A program made the translations under genes and the position numbers. A stretch of 32,305 bases of DNA from Candidatus Bipolaricaulota bacterium (GTDB lineage: Bacteria; Bipolaricaulota; Bipolaricaulia; RBG-16-55-9), in assembly GCA_015487455.1 (NCBI GenBank), contig WFPR01000047.1:1-32305 (forward strand), given 5' to 3'. The notes beneath the pieces were generated by a model. The model made no database searches, had not been told where the DNA came from, and was given only the letters and a program-made list of their open reading frames with translations. Of this stretch, positions 10,393-19,200 are shown piece after piece (the first letter of the stretch is position 1; the number at the start of each line of letters is the position of its first letter).

Positions 10393-10421
10393 ATGATAAC
10401 GGCCTTGTCCCCCGCTGTCAA
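10393..10421 (-). promoter_or_regulatory. sigma70/SigA-type promoter of the hrcA operon (TTGACA-17 nt-TATCAT)
   Basis: Minus strand: TTGACA (10421-10416), 17-nt spacer, TATCAT (10398-10393). CIRCE begins 9 nt downstream of the -10, which is the classical arrangement. Confidence 0.7.
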
Positions 10422-10432
10422 GGGATGTTTGG

Positions 10433-11254
10433 TCAGAACGGCTGGCACCGCGGGCAGAAGAAGCTGCTCCGCCCGCCTTGGGTGATTCTCTCGATGGGCG
10501 CCCCGCAGCGGGGGCAGGGCGCCCCGGCGCGGCCGTAGACGCGAAACTCCTCCTGGAAGCGCCCGATCGAGCCGTCGGGCCGCCGGTAGCGGTCGAACGA
10601 CGTCCCGCCCGCCCGGAGCGCCCGCCGCAGCACCCGAGGGATCGCCTCGAAGAGCCGCCTCGCCTCCTCGGGCGAGAGGGCCCGGGCGGGCTTCCGCGGG
10701 TGGACGCCCGCCTCGAAGAGCGCCTCGCAGGCGTAGATGTTCCCCAGGCCCGCGAGCCTCGTCTGGTCGAGCAACAAGCGCTTGACCTCCCGCTCCGAGT
10801 CGAGCAGGCGGCGGAACGCTGCCCACGTGTACGCGGGCGTGAGCGGCTCAAGGCCCAGATCTTTTAGGGGCTTCTGTTCATCGAGCTGGTCGGCTCTGAC
10901 GAGATACAGCGACGCGAAGCGCCGGGCGTCGTCCAGATAGAGCGCGCGCCCCTGCTCCTCCTCATCGCGGAACTGCAAGACCAAGCGGGTGTGGCGGGCG
11001 GGCGTCCAGAGCAGGCGCCCGCTCATGCGCAGGTGGAGCACCATCGCCCACGGCCCGAACTCGAAGATCAAAAATTTGCCGCGGCGCCCGAGCGCCGTGA
11101 GCCGCCGCCCCACCAAGCGCTCCTGAAGCGCCTCGGGGGTGCAGTTCTTGAGCAGGTGCACCCGCTCCAGCACGTCGATATGGGCGAGCCTGCGCCCGAG
11201 GAGCTGGGGCTCGAGCGCCCGGCGGATCGTCTCGACCTCGGGAAGCTCGGGCAT
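10433..11254 (-). CDS. mutM: Formamidopyrimidine-DNA glycosylase (Fpg/MutM)
   Basis: N-terminal MPELPEVE, an H2TH region, and the C-terminal zinc finger CPRCGAPIERITQGGRSSFFCPRCQ. Confidence 0.95.
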   Translation of the reverse strand: MPELPEVETIRRALEPQLLGRRLAHIDVLERVHLLKNCTPEALQERLVGRRLTALGRRGKFLIFEFGPWAMVLHLRMSGRLLWTPARHTRLVLQFRDEEEQGRALYLDDARRFASLYLVRADQLDEQKPLKDLGLEPLTPAYTWAAFRRLLDSEREVKRLLLDQTRLAGLGNIYACEALFEAGVHPRKPARALSPEEARRLFEAIPRVLRRALRAGGTSFDRYRRPDGSIGRFQEEFRVYGRAGAPCPRCGAPIERITQGGRSSFFCPRCQPF

Positions 11255-11256
11255 TT

Positions 11257-12075
11257 TTAGCCCTTGGCTTGGACGGCCTTGGCCGCCTCGGCGACGATCT
11301 GGGCGAACTGTTCGGGGTCGAGGGAGGCGCCGCCCACGAGCGCCCCGTCAACGTCGGGTCGGACCATGAGCTCGTAGGCGTTCCCGGGCTGGACGCTCCC
11401 GCCGTACTGGACCCGCACCCGCCCCGCCACCGCCTCGCCGTACAGCTCCCGAAGGAGCTCCCGGACGAAGCGGGCGCCCTCCTGGGCGTCGTCGGGGGAG
11501 GCGGCCACCCCGGTCCCGATCGCCCAGACGGGCTCGTACGCGATCACGAGCCGCTCGGCGCCCTCGGGCGGGCAGCCCGCCAGCGCCCCGCGGAGCTGGC
11601 GCTCCAGCACGCCTTGGGTCCGCCCGGCGCGGCGCTCCTCCAGCGTCTCGCCCACGCACAGGATGGGCCCCAGCCCGTGCCGGAGCGCCGCGAGCAGCTT
11701 CTTGTTGATGAACGCGTCGTCCTCGCCGAAGTGCCGCCGCCGCTCGGAGTGGCCCACGATCACGTAGCGGCAGCCCAGGTCGCTCAGCATCACGGGGGAG
11801 ACCTCGCCCGTGTAGGCGCCCTGGGGCTCGGGGTGGACGTTCTGGGCGGCGAGCCCGATGCTCGCGGTCGCGGAGCGCAAGCGCGCCCCGACGGCCTGGA
11901 GGGCCGTGAACGGCGGCGCGATCGCCACCTCCACCACCCTCCCTACCCCCGGCGCGCCCTGGGCGCCGAGCCCCTCGAGCGCGGGCAGGAACGCGTCCAA
12001 AAACCGAAGGGCCTCGGGGATCGTCTTGTGCATCTTCCAGTTGGCGACGACGAGGGGCGTCCGCTGCGCGTCCAT
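11257..12075 (-). CDS. tpiA: Triosephosphate isomerase
   Basis: VVANWKMHK, GHSERR, AYEPVWAIGTG, YGGSV. I prefer ATG 12075 (GAGGGA SD). GTG 12090 (the track start) is the alternative and would be leaderless. Confidence 0.93.
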   Translation of the reverse strand: MDAQRTPLVVANWKMHKTIPEALRFLDAFLPALEGLGAQGAPGVGRVVEVAIAPPFTALQAVGARLRSATASIGLAAQNVHPEPQGAYTGEVSPVMLSDLGCRYVIVGHSERRRHFGEDDAFINKKLLAALRHGLGPILCVGETLEERRAGRTQGVLERQLRGALAGCPPEGAERLVIAYEPVWAIGTGVAASPDDAQEGARFVRELLRELYGEAVAGRVRVQYGGSVQPGNAYELMVRPDVDGALVGGASLDPEQFAQIVAEAAKAVQAKG

Positions 12076-12097
12076 GGCCGGGTCCCTCACGGCGGGG

Positions 12098-12127
12098 ATT
12101 GTATCCCTCGAGCGCTATGACGGTCAA
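12098..12127 (-). promoter_or_regulatory. Candidate promoter for tpiA-mutM (TTGACC-18 nt-TACAAT)
   Basis: Minus strand: TTGACC (12127-12122), 18-nt spacer, TACAAT (12103-12098). It lies 7 nt from GTG 12090. Confidence 0.45.
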
Positions 12128-12188
12128 CGCCGCCCTCGCCCGAGGCGAGCCAGGGGCGCCTCAGGCCCCAGCGCCGAAGCCCGAACGA

Positions 12189-12217
12189 TTGACTTCGACG
12201 GGGGAATCGCTCATAAT
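12189..12217 (+). promoter_or_regulatory. Candidate promoter for the SPFH gene (TTGACT-17 nt-CATAAT)
   Basis: TTGACT 12189-12194, 17-nt spacer, CATAAT 12212-12217. There are only 14 nt to ATG 12232 and no SD. Confidence 0.5.
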
Positions 12218-12231
12218 ACGCGGGATCGGCC

Positions 12232-13161
12232 ATGAACGGTCGTCCGGACGGCGAGGGCGGAAACGGCAGCGGCGGCGGGGGCGGCTCGGGGATCTCGCTG
12301 GCGGGGGCGCTGCTGGCGATCCTGGCCGTCCTGGTGCAGCTGCCGCCCGTGCGCGAGCTGCTCTTCCAGGTCCTTCAAGGGGGTGTCGGCGTGACGAGCT
12401 TTACGATCGCGCTCATCGTCGCGCTCGTCGTGGTGGTGCTGGCGAGCGCGATCCGCATCGTGCGGGAGTACGAGCGGGGCGTCATCTTTCGGCTCGGTCG
12501 GCTGATCGGGGCCAAGGGGCCCGGGCTGTTCTTCCTGATCCCCATCGTCGATAAGATGGTCAAGGTGAGCCTGCGGGTCGTGACGCTGGACATCCCGCCC
12601 CAGGAGGTCATCACCAAGGACAACGTCCCCGTGCAGGTGAACGCCGTGGTCTTCTTCCGGGTGGTCGACCCCAGCAAGGCCGTGGTCGAGGTCGAGGACT
12701 ACTTCCAGGCGGTCAACCAGCTGTCGCAGACGACGCTGCGCAGCGTCCTCGGCCAAGCGGAGCTGGACGAGCTGCTGGCCGAGCGGGAGAAGCTGAACCG
12801 CCGCCTGCAGGCGATCATCGACGAGCACACCGACCCCTGGGGCATCAAGGTGGGCACCGTCGAGATCAAGGACGTCCGCATCCCGCAGGAGATGCAGCGG
12901 GCGATCGCCCGCCAGGCCGAGGCCGAACGGGAGCGCCGCGCCAAGATCATCAACGCCGACGGCGAGCTCCAGGCGGCCGAGAAGCTGGCCGAGGCCGCCC
13001 GCATCATGCAGCAGCAGCCCGCCTCCATCCAGCTCCGCTTCCTCCAGACGCTGCTCGACATCACCTCGGAGCAGACGACCACCATCGTGTTCCCGCTGCC
13101 GATCGACATCGTGCGCCCGTTCCTCGTGGGCGAGGATCGCGATCGCGCGCGCTCGAGCTGA
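12232..13161 (+). CDS. SPFH/Band 7 (stomatin/slipin-like) membrane protein
   Basis: An N-terminal TM segment, then a PHB domain: [59 protein letters not shown]-terminal coiled coil [13 protein letters not shown]. The first ~25 residues (Gly/Ser-rich) make the exact start uncertain. Confidence 0.88.
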   Translation: MNGRPDGEGGNGSGGGGGSGISLAGALLAILAVLVQLPPVRELLFQVLQGGVGVTSFTIALIVALVVVVLASAIRIVREYERGVIFRLGRLIGAKGPGLFFLIPIVDKMVKVSLRVVTLDIPPQEVITKDNVPVQVNAVVFFRVVDPSKAVVEVEDYFQAVNQLSQTTLRSVLGQAELDELLAEREKLNRRLQAIIDEHTDPWGIKVGTVEIKDVRIPQEMQRAIARQAEAERERRAKIINADGELQAAEKLAEAARIMQQQPASIQLRFLQTLLDITSEQTTTIVFPLPIDIVRPFLVGEDRDRARSS

Positions 13162-13176
13162 CGCTGACCAAGCGCG

Positions 13177-14583
13177 ATGGAGCCCGAGTGGTACAAGCCG
13201 TTCAAGGTCAAGGTCGTCGAGCCCATCCGTCTGTTGTCACGCCCCGAGCGCGAGCGACGCCTCCGAGAGGCGGGCTACAACGTCTTTCGGCTGCGTTCCG
13301 AGGACGTCTACATCGATTTGTTGACGGACTCGGGGACCGGCGCGATGAGCCAGGCCCAGTGGGCCGCCCTGATGCAGGGGGACGAGGCGTACGCGGGCAG
13401 CCGGAGCTTCTTCGAGCTTCAGGAGGCCGTGCGGGACGTCCTGGGCTTTGACTATCTGCTGCCCACCCACCAGGGCCGCGGTGCCGAGAACGTGCTCTTC
13501 TCGTGCTTGATCCGGCCGGGCGACGTCGTCCCGAACAACATGCACTTCGACACGACCCGGGCGCACGTCCTCCACAAGGGCGGCGAGCCCGTCGATTTGG
13601 CGATCGAAGACGCTTATGACCCACAGAGCCCACACCCCTTCAAGGGCGACATGGACGTCCACAAGCTCGAGGCGCTCCTCAAGGAGCACGGGGAGCGGGT
13701 GCCGTTCGTGCTGCTCACGGTCACGAACAACACGGGCGGCGGCCAGCCCGTCTCGCTGAGCAACATAAGGGCCGTGAGCGAGGTGGCCCACGCCCACGGC
13801 GTCCCTCTGTTTTTGGACGCGGCGCGCTTCGCCGAGAACGCGTATTTCATCTGGGAGCGCGAGCCCGGCTACCGCGAAAGGACCATCGCGGAGATCGTCA
13901 AAGAGATGTTCAGCTACGCCGACGGCGCGCTCATCAGCGCCAAGAAGGACGGGTTGGTGAACATCGGCGGGCTGCTCGCGCTGCGCGACCCCGAGCTGCA
14001 CGAGCGGGCCGTGGAGCAGCTCATCCTGTTCGAGGGCTTCCCGACGTACGGGGGCCTGGCGGGGCGGGACCTGGCCGCGCTGGCCCGCGGCCTCCGCGAG
14101 GTGCTTGACCTGCAATATCTGCACGATCGGGTCGAGCAGGTGCGCCGCTTGGGCGAGCGCCTCAAGGCGAAGGGCGTGCCCATCGTCGAGCCCGTCGGGG
14201 GCCACGCCGTCTACGTCGACGCGAAGCGCTTCCTGCCGCACCTCCCCCAGCGCGAGTTCCCCGCGCAGGCCCTGGTGGTCGAGCTGTACCGGGAGGCGGG
14301 GGTGCGGGCCGTCGAGCTGGGGAGCGTCGCCTTCGCCCGCGAGGACCCCGACACGGGCGAGACGGTCTACCCCGAGCTGGAGCTGGTGCGCTTGGCGATC
14401 CCGCGGCGGGTCTACACCGACGAGCACTTGAGCGTCGTGGCCGACGCGCTGGGCGCCATCGCCCAGCGCCGGGACGCGCTCCGGGGACTGCGCCTCGTCG
14501 CGGGCTCCGGCCCCCTGCGGCACTTCCTCGCGCGCTTCGAGCCCCTGTCCCTCCACGGCCACGGCGGCTCGGGCTTGACGTGA
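13177..14583 (+). CDS. tnaA: Tryptophanase (beta-eliminating lyase family, PLP-dependent)
   Basis: [25 protein letters not shown]-lysine motif [21 protein letters not shown]. The tryptophanase-type residues as I recall them (Asp in HFDTT, His in LRHF) differ from tyrosine phenol-lyase (FTTT, LRFF). Confidence 0.8.
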   Translation: MEPEWYKPFKVKVVEPIRLLSRPERERRLREAGYNVFRLRSEDVYIDLLTDSGTGAMSQAQWAALMQGDEAYAGSRSFFELQEAVRDVLGFDYLLPTHQGRGAENVLFSCLIRPGDVVPNNMHFDTTRAHVLHKGGEPVDLAIEDAYDPQSPHPFKGDMDVHKLEALLKEHGERVPFVLLTVTNNTGGGQPVSLSNIRAVSEVAHAHGVPLFLDAARFAENAYFIWEREPGYRERTIAEIVKEMFSYADGALISAKKDGLVNIGGLLALRDPELHERAVEQLILFEGFPTYGGLAGRDLAALARGLREVLDLQYLHDRVEQVRRLGERLKAKGVPIVEPVGGHAVYVDAKRFLPHLPQREFPAQALVVELYREAGVRAVELGSVAFAREDPDTGETVYPELELVRLAIPRRVYTDEHLSVVADALGAIAQRRDALRGLRLVAGSGPLRHFLARFEPLSLHGHGGSGLT

Positions 14584-14592
14584 TTGAAACGG

Positions 14593-14775
14593 GGAGGAGA
14601 GCTTGGCCGTTGAGGGTAGGAGCGCCTTACCCGTGAGGGGCACCGAAATCCGGCATCCGGCTACCAGGGTTTTGTGTTTGTGCGGCCCCCCTTCTCTCCT
14701 GTCGGGGCCCCTCCTGCGTCCTACGGAGATCCCCTAAACCGGGTCCGTTCACGCGCTCAGGCCAAGCCCTCCTCC
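14593..14775 (-). ncRNA. Candidate structured RNA (or MITE-like element): 183 nt closed by a 16-bp terminal helix; identity unknown
   Basis: 14593-14608 (GGAGGAGAGCTTGGCC) pairs with 14760-14775 (GGCCAAGCCCTCCTCC). The single non-Watson-Crick position is A.C on the plus strand but G.U on the minus strand. There is an internal GC hairpin at 14684-14689/14704-14709. It lies in the only large non-coding gap, between convergent genes. Confidence 0.3.
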
Positions 14776-14804
14776 GCGGGGATGACCCCTAGGGAGGGGA
14801 CTTG

Positions 14805-14834
14805 ACCCTACTCGATGTCGCGCCCGCCTGTCAA
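14805..14834 (-). promoter_or_regulatory. Candidate promoter reading into the 183-nt element (TTGACA-18 nt-TAGGGT)
   Basis: Minus strand: TTGACA (14834-14829), 18-nt spacer, TAGGGT (14810-14805). The predicted start is near 14798, about 22 nt before the closing helix. Confidence 0.3.
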
Positions 14835-14889
14835 GTATTGCGCATTACATTCGGGTTCGGGTTGCATTCGGGGGCGGGGCGCTCGGGGG

Positions 14890-15483
14890 TTAAAAGAGCT
14901 TGCGGGCCTTCTCGACGTAGGGGGCGAGGGCCCGAGGGTCGAAGGGGCCCTCGCGGCGCTCGATCAGCTCGATCAGCTCGAGCAGGGCCTCGCGGGCGAG
15001 GCCCTGCTCGTCGGGGTCCTCGGGGGGCTCGTGCTCCAAAATCTCATAATCGAGATCGCCGTCGTCGTGGACGGGACGGACTTGCACGTCGAAGCCCAGC
15101 GAGACGAGCGTGAGGGTCCCTTCGGCCTCGTCGTACTGGGGCGGCAAGGTCACGCGGGCGTAGTACTCCTGGAGCGCCCAGTCGCGGGCGAGGAGGGCCG
15201 CCACGGCGTAGGGCTTCCTTAGCTCGTAGAACTCCAACGAGCGGTTGGACATGATCCCGACGGTCTCGACGCCACCCCCTTCAGCAGGCTCACGCCCAGG
15301 CTCAAGCTTGAAGCGGCGCAGGGGGCGCTCCCAGTCGCCGTAGAGCACGAGCCGTTCGTCCTCGGGCTCGCGCGCCAGCAGCCGGGCGGGCCAGGCCCAC
15401 CTCAGCCTGCGACGGGCGTCCCGCACGCGGACCTCGATCTCTAAAGCTAAGCCTAAGGGCTCGCGGGGCTCGGTCATCGTCAC
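14890..15483 (-). CDS. Hypothetical protein, DUF402-like (FomD/Ntdp nucleoside di/triphosphatase fold) with a divergent acidic motif
   Basis: YYARVTLPPQYDE..TLVSLGFDVQVRP..DYEILEHE..REGPFDP parallels the DUF402 pattern Y.CNLSSP..YIDYDLDIKV..LLDEDEY..KGPF.P recalled from S. aureus Ntdp. The start is GTG 15483 or ATG 15477. Confidence 0.5.
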   Translation of the reverse strand: MTMTEPREPLGLALEIEVRVRDARRRLRWAWPARLLAREPEDERLVLYGDWERPLRRFKLEPGREPAEGGGVETVGIMSNRSLEFYELRKPYAVAALLARDWALQEYYARVTLPPQYDEAEGTLTLVSLGFDVQVRPVHDDGDLDYEILEHEPPEDPDEQGLAREALLELIELIERREGPFDPRALAPYVEKARKLF

Positions 15484-15505
15484 AACCGTGCGTGGGCTTG
15501 CGCGA

Positions 15506-16467
15506 TCATGACGAAGGAGGGGAGCGGTGCTTTTTGAGGTACAGCAGGACGCCCGTGACGTTCATCGCGATCTCCGCCCGGAGCACCTCGGGCGGGTAGA
15601 CCCGCGCCAGCTCGCTTCCCGACTCCTCCCGCACGAAGCGCTCGATCACGGCCGCCTCGTCGCCCCCGAGCTCGCGCCAGGCGGCCTCGATCGCCGCCAC
15701 CCAGGCCGTCAGGCGCCGCTCGTACTCGTCCATGAGCGCGTAGGGCTCGGGGTGGGCGCCGTAGTGCGTGAAGTAGAGCCACTTCAGCTCGAGCCGCCGC
15801 AGCGCGTCGAGCGTCTTTAGACTGTCTTCAAAGTGGAACGACGGCGGCGGGGTGGTCAGGATGAACCCGACCTCCCGGCGGTAGATCCCGACGGCGTCGC
15901 CCGTGAACAAGCCCTTCGTGCGGGGCTCGTAGAAGCAGGCGTGGTGGGGGGCGTGGCCCGGCGCGTCGATGACCTCCAAGGCGTAGCCGTCGCCCAGCTC
16001 AAACCGCTCGCCGCCCCTTACAGCAATTACGCGCTCCTCGGGCACGGGCCTCATCTCGCCGTAGTACGGGAACAGCGGCCCGACGGCCCGCTGCACGCTC
16101 TTGAGGAGCTTCTCGGGGTTGACGAGGTGCGGCGCCCCGACGTGGTGGCAGATCACCTGGGCGTTGGGGCACCGCTCGGCCAGGAAGCCCGCCCCGCCCG
16201 CGTGGTCCATGTGGACGTGGGTGACGGCGATGTAGGCGACGGCCTCGGGCGCGATCCCCAGCTCGTCCAGCGCTCGGAGCGCCTTGGGGACGGTGTGCGA
16301 GAAGCCCGTCTCCACGATCGCGGGCTTCGGGGCCTTCAAAACGTACAGCCCCCCGTAGCCCTTCAGGCCCAGCATGTGGGCGTCGACTAAGGCAAAGCGC
16401 CCGTCGGCCGGGACGGGCTCGACGACGTTGACGCGGGGGCTCTTGCTGCTTTGGCTTTGGCCCTCGG

Positions 16468-16471
<4 letters not shown>
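15506..16471 (-). CDS. MBL-fold metallo-hydrolase (321 aa)
   Basis: HxHxDH motif [11 protein letters not shown], with downstream GHAPHH and TGD. ATG 16471 overlaps the icd stop (ATGA). The rest of ORF 15506..17251 is out of frame over icd. Confidence 0.85.
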
Positions 16472-17742
<1,271 letters not shown>

Positions 17743-17746
17743 CGGC

Positions 17747-17775
17747 TTGGTCCTCTCCCCCTTCTGTGCTATGCT
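17747..17775 (+). promoter_or_regulatory. Candidate promoter for the HD-domain gene (TTGGTC-17 nt-TATGCT with TGn extended -10)
   Basis: TTGGTC 17747-17752, a 17-nt spacer ending in TGC, TATGCT 17770-17775. Confidence 0.4.
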
Positions 17776-17808
17776 GAGGAAGGCGCCGCGCGGGCTTTGG
17801 GCGCCCGG

Positions 17809-17838
17809 ATGATACCCCGCGCGGCGGGGAGCGTTCAA
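17809..17838 (-). promoter_or_regulatory. Candidate icd promoter (TTGAAC-18 nt-TATCAT)
   Basis: Minus strand: TTGAAC (17838-17833), 18-nt spacer, TATCAT (17814-17809). It has the same -10 hexamer as the hrcA promoter. Confidence 0.45.
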
Positions 17839-17844
17839 CCCGAG

Positions 17845-19179
17845 ATGGAGAAGGTCTTCCGCGACCCGATCCACAACCTGCTGGGCTTCGACCGCAGGCG
17901 GGACCGGCTCGTGCTGGAGCTGATCGAGACTCGGGAGGTCCAGCGCCTGCGGGCCATCAAGCTCATGGGCGTCAGCTACGTCGTCTACCCCGGTGCCGAC
18001 CACACCCGCTTCTCGCACTCGCTGGGCGCCGCGTTCCTGATGAAGCGGGTCCTGGAGCGCATGGAGCGGCTGCGGGCCGACCCGCGCTTCCGCCCGGTCG
18101 CGGAGCGGCTCCAGGAGCTCCGGGAGCGGCTGCTGGCCGCCGCCCTGCTCCACGACATCGGCCACCCGCCCCTCTCCCACCTCCTGGAGGGCTTCACGGG
18201 CGAGGCCCATGAGCGCTGGACCGTGAGGCTGCTGCGCTGGCCCGGCGGCGAGGCCCATCGCGTGTTGAAGGCGCACGACGCGCGGCTCCCGGAGGACGTC
18301 GCCCGGATCGTCGAACGGACCTTCAAGCCCTCGTTCGCCGTCAAGCTCATCTCGAGCCAGCTGGACGTCGACCGCCTGGACTACTTGCTGAGGGACAGCT
18401 ACCACACCGGGGTGGGCTACGGCCGCTTTGACTTGGAGTGGCTGCTCCACAGCCTGCGGATCGTCGAGCGGGACGGCGACTGGGAGGTGGCCGTCGATCT
18501 CGATAAGGGCCTGCGGGCCGTCGAGAGCTACGTGCTGGCCCGCTTCGCGATGTACCAGCAAGTCTATCACCACAAGACGGGGCGGGCCGCGGGCGCCATG
18601 ATCTTGAGCGTGCTGAGGCGGGCGGCCGAGCTGCTCCGCCGGGGCGAGGGCGGGGGGATCTTCGCCCCCGAGCCCCTGCGCAAGCTGCTCGTGCAGCCTC
18701 AAGCGCTCACCCCCGAGGAGTTCCTGGAGCTGGACGACGTGGTGCTGAGCTACGCGCTGCGCGCCTGGAGCCGGAGCGACGACCCGATCCTGAGCGACCT
18801 TTGTCGGCGCTTCCTGGGGCGACGGATCTTCAAGACGGTCCCGATCGAGCCCGAGCGCTACGAGGCCCTGAGGCCCCGGCTGGAGGAGCTGGCCCACGGG
18901 CGGGGCTTCGCGCCCGAGTACTATGTAGTGCTCGACCGGGCCGTCTCGGACCCGTACAGCGACGGGCTCCTCCGGCGCGACCCCCGGGAGGTGGGCGAGG
19001 GCATCTTCCTGGTCGATCGAGACCTCAACGTGATCGAGCTTTCGGAGCACTCGGAGCTGATCCGGGCCGTGACCAACCGCCTCGTCGTGCAGGATCGGCT
19101 GTGCTTCCCCGAGGAGCTGCGCGAGGACGTCGCGCGCCTGCTCGAGGGCGCGCGGGCCGTGAGGCGAGCCGAGCGATGA
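17845..19179 (+). CDS. HD-domain dNTP triphosphohydrolase-like protein (SAMHD1/EF1143-type)
   Basis: N-terminal [42 protein letters not shown] and HD motif [12 protein letters not shown], later [19 protein letters not shown] 17845 is preferred; ATG 17809 is an in-frame alternative. Confidence 0.75.
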   Translation: MEKVFRDPIHNLLGFDRRRDRLVLELIETREVQRLRAIKLMGVSYVVYPGADHTRFSHSLGAAFLMKRVLERMERLRADPRFRPVAERLQELRERLLAAALLHDIGHPPLSHLLEGFTGEAHERWTVRLLRWPGGEAHRVLKAHDARLPEDVARIVERTFKPSFAVKLISSQLDVDRLDYLLRDSYHTGVGYGRFDLEWLLHSLRIVERDGDWEVAVDLDKGLRAVESYVLARFAMYQQVYHHKTGRAAGAMILSVLRRAAELLRRGEGGGIFAPEPLRKLLVQPQALTPEEFLELDDVVLSYALRAWSRSDDPILSDLCRRFLGRRIFKTVPIEPERYEALRPRLEELAHGRGFAPEYYVVLDRAVSDPYSDGLLRRDPREVGEGIFLVDRDLNVIELSEHSELIRAVTNRLVVQDRLCFPEELREDVARLLEGARAVRRAER

Positions 19180-19200
19180 ACGAGCGATGACGAGCGATGA
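19170..19200. repeat. Three tandem copies of CGAGCGATGA spanning the HD-gene stop and the ptb start
   Basis: Copies at 19170-19179 (plus an extra A at 19180), 19181-19190 and 19191-19200. The HD stop TGA (19177-19179) is in copy 1 and the ptb ATG (19197) is in copy 3. Confidence 0.95.

Noticed and set aside
14795-14815. A tRNA-like T-arm on the minus strand (GTAGGGTCAAGTCCCCTCC) in the non-coding gap.
   Set aside because: The loop is TCAAGTC rather than TTCRANY (the T54-psi55 doublet is missing). No acceptor, D or anticodon arms can be built around it, and there is no CCA context.
14584-14889. Assigning the 183-nt element to a known RNA family (SRP RNA, tmRNA, RNase P RNA, or TPP, cobalamin, c-di-GMP or guanidine riboswitches).
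   Set aside because: None of the family-defining motifs I know is present in the correct order: the SRP GGAA-tetraloop/AGCA symmetric loop, the tmRNA 5' GGGG..UUCGAC and 3' T-arm-CCA, the RNase P GAGGAAAGUCC, or the B12 box. Fragments resembling the ykkC motifs CUAGGG and GGUCCG occur in the wrong order. The region is downstream of both flanking genes, so a cis-acting riboswitch makes no sense. A 6S-like RNA remains possible but cannot be shown by eye.
14802-15222. Plus-strand ORFs 14802..15113 and 14815..15222 starting in the non-coding gap.
   Set aside because: They run antisense through the DUF402-like gene, and their translations are Arg/Gly/Pro-rich and low in complexity. There is no SD, and the plus-strand TTGACC at 14802 has no matching -10.
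17845-19179. The HD-domain dNTPase as an anti-phage defence gene (dGTPase/dNTP-depletion type).
   Set aside because: It sits among core metabolic genes with native composition. It is divergent from icd and abuts ptb, with no island hallmarks. A housekeeping dNTP triphosphohydrolase is the conservative reading, and the sequence alone cannot distinguish the two.
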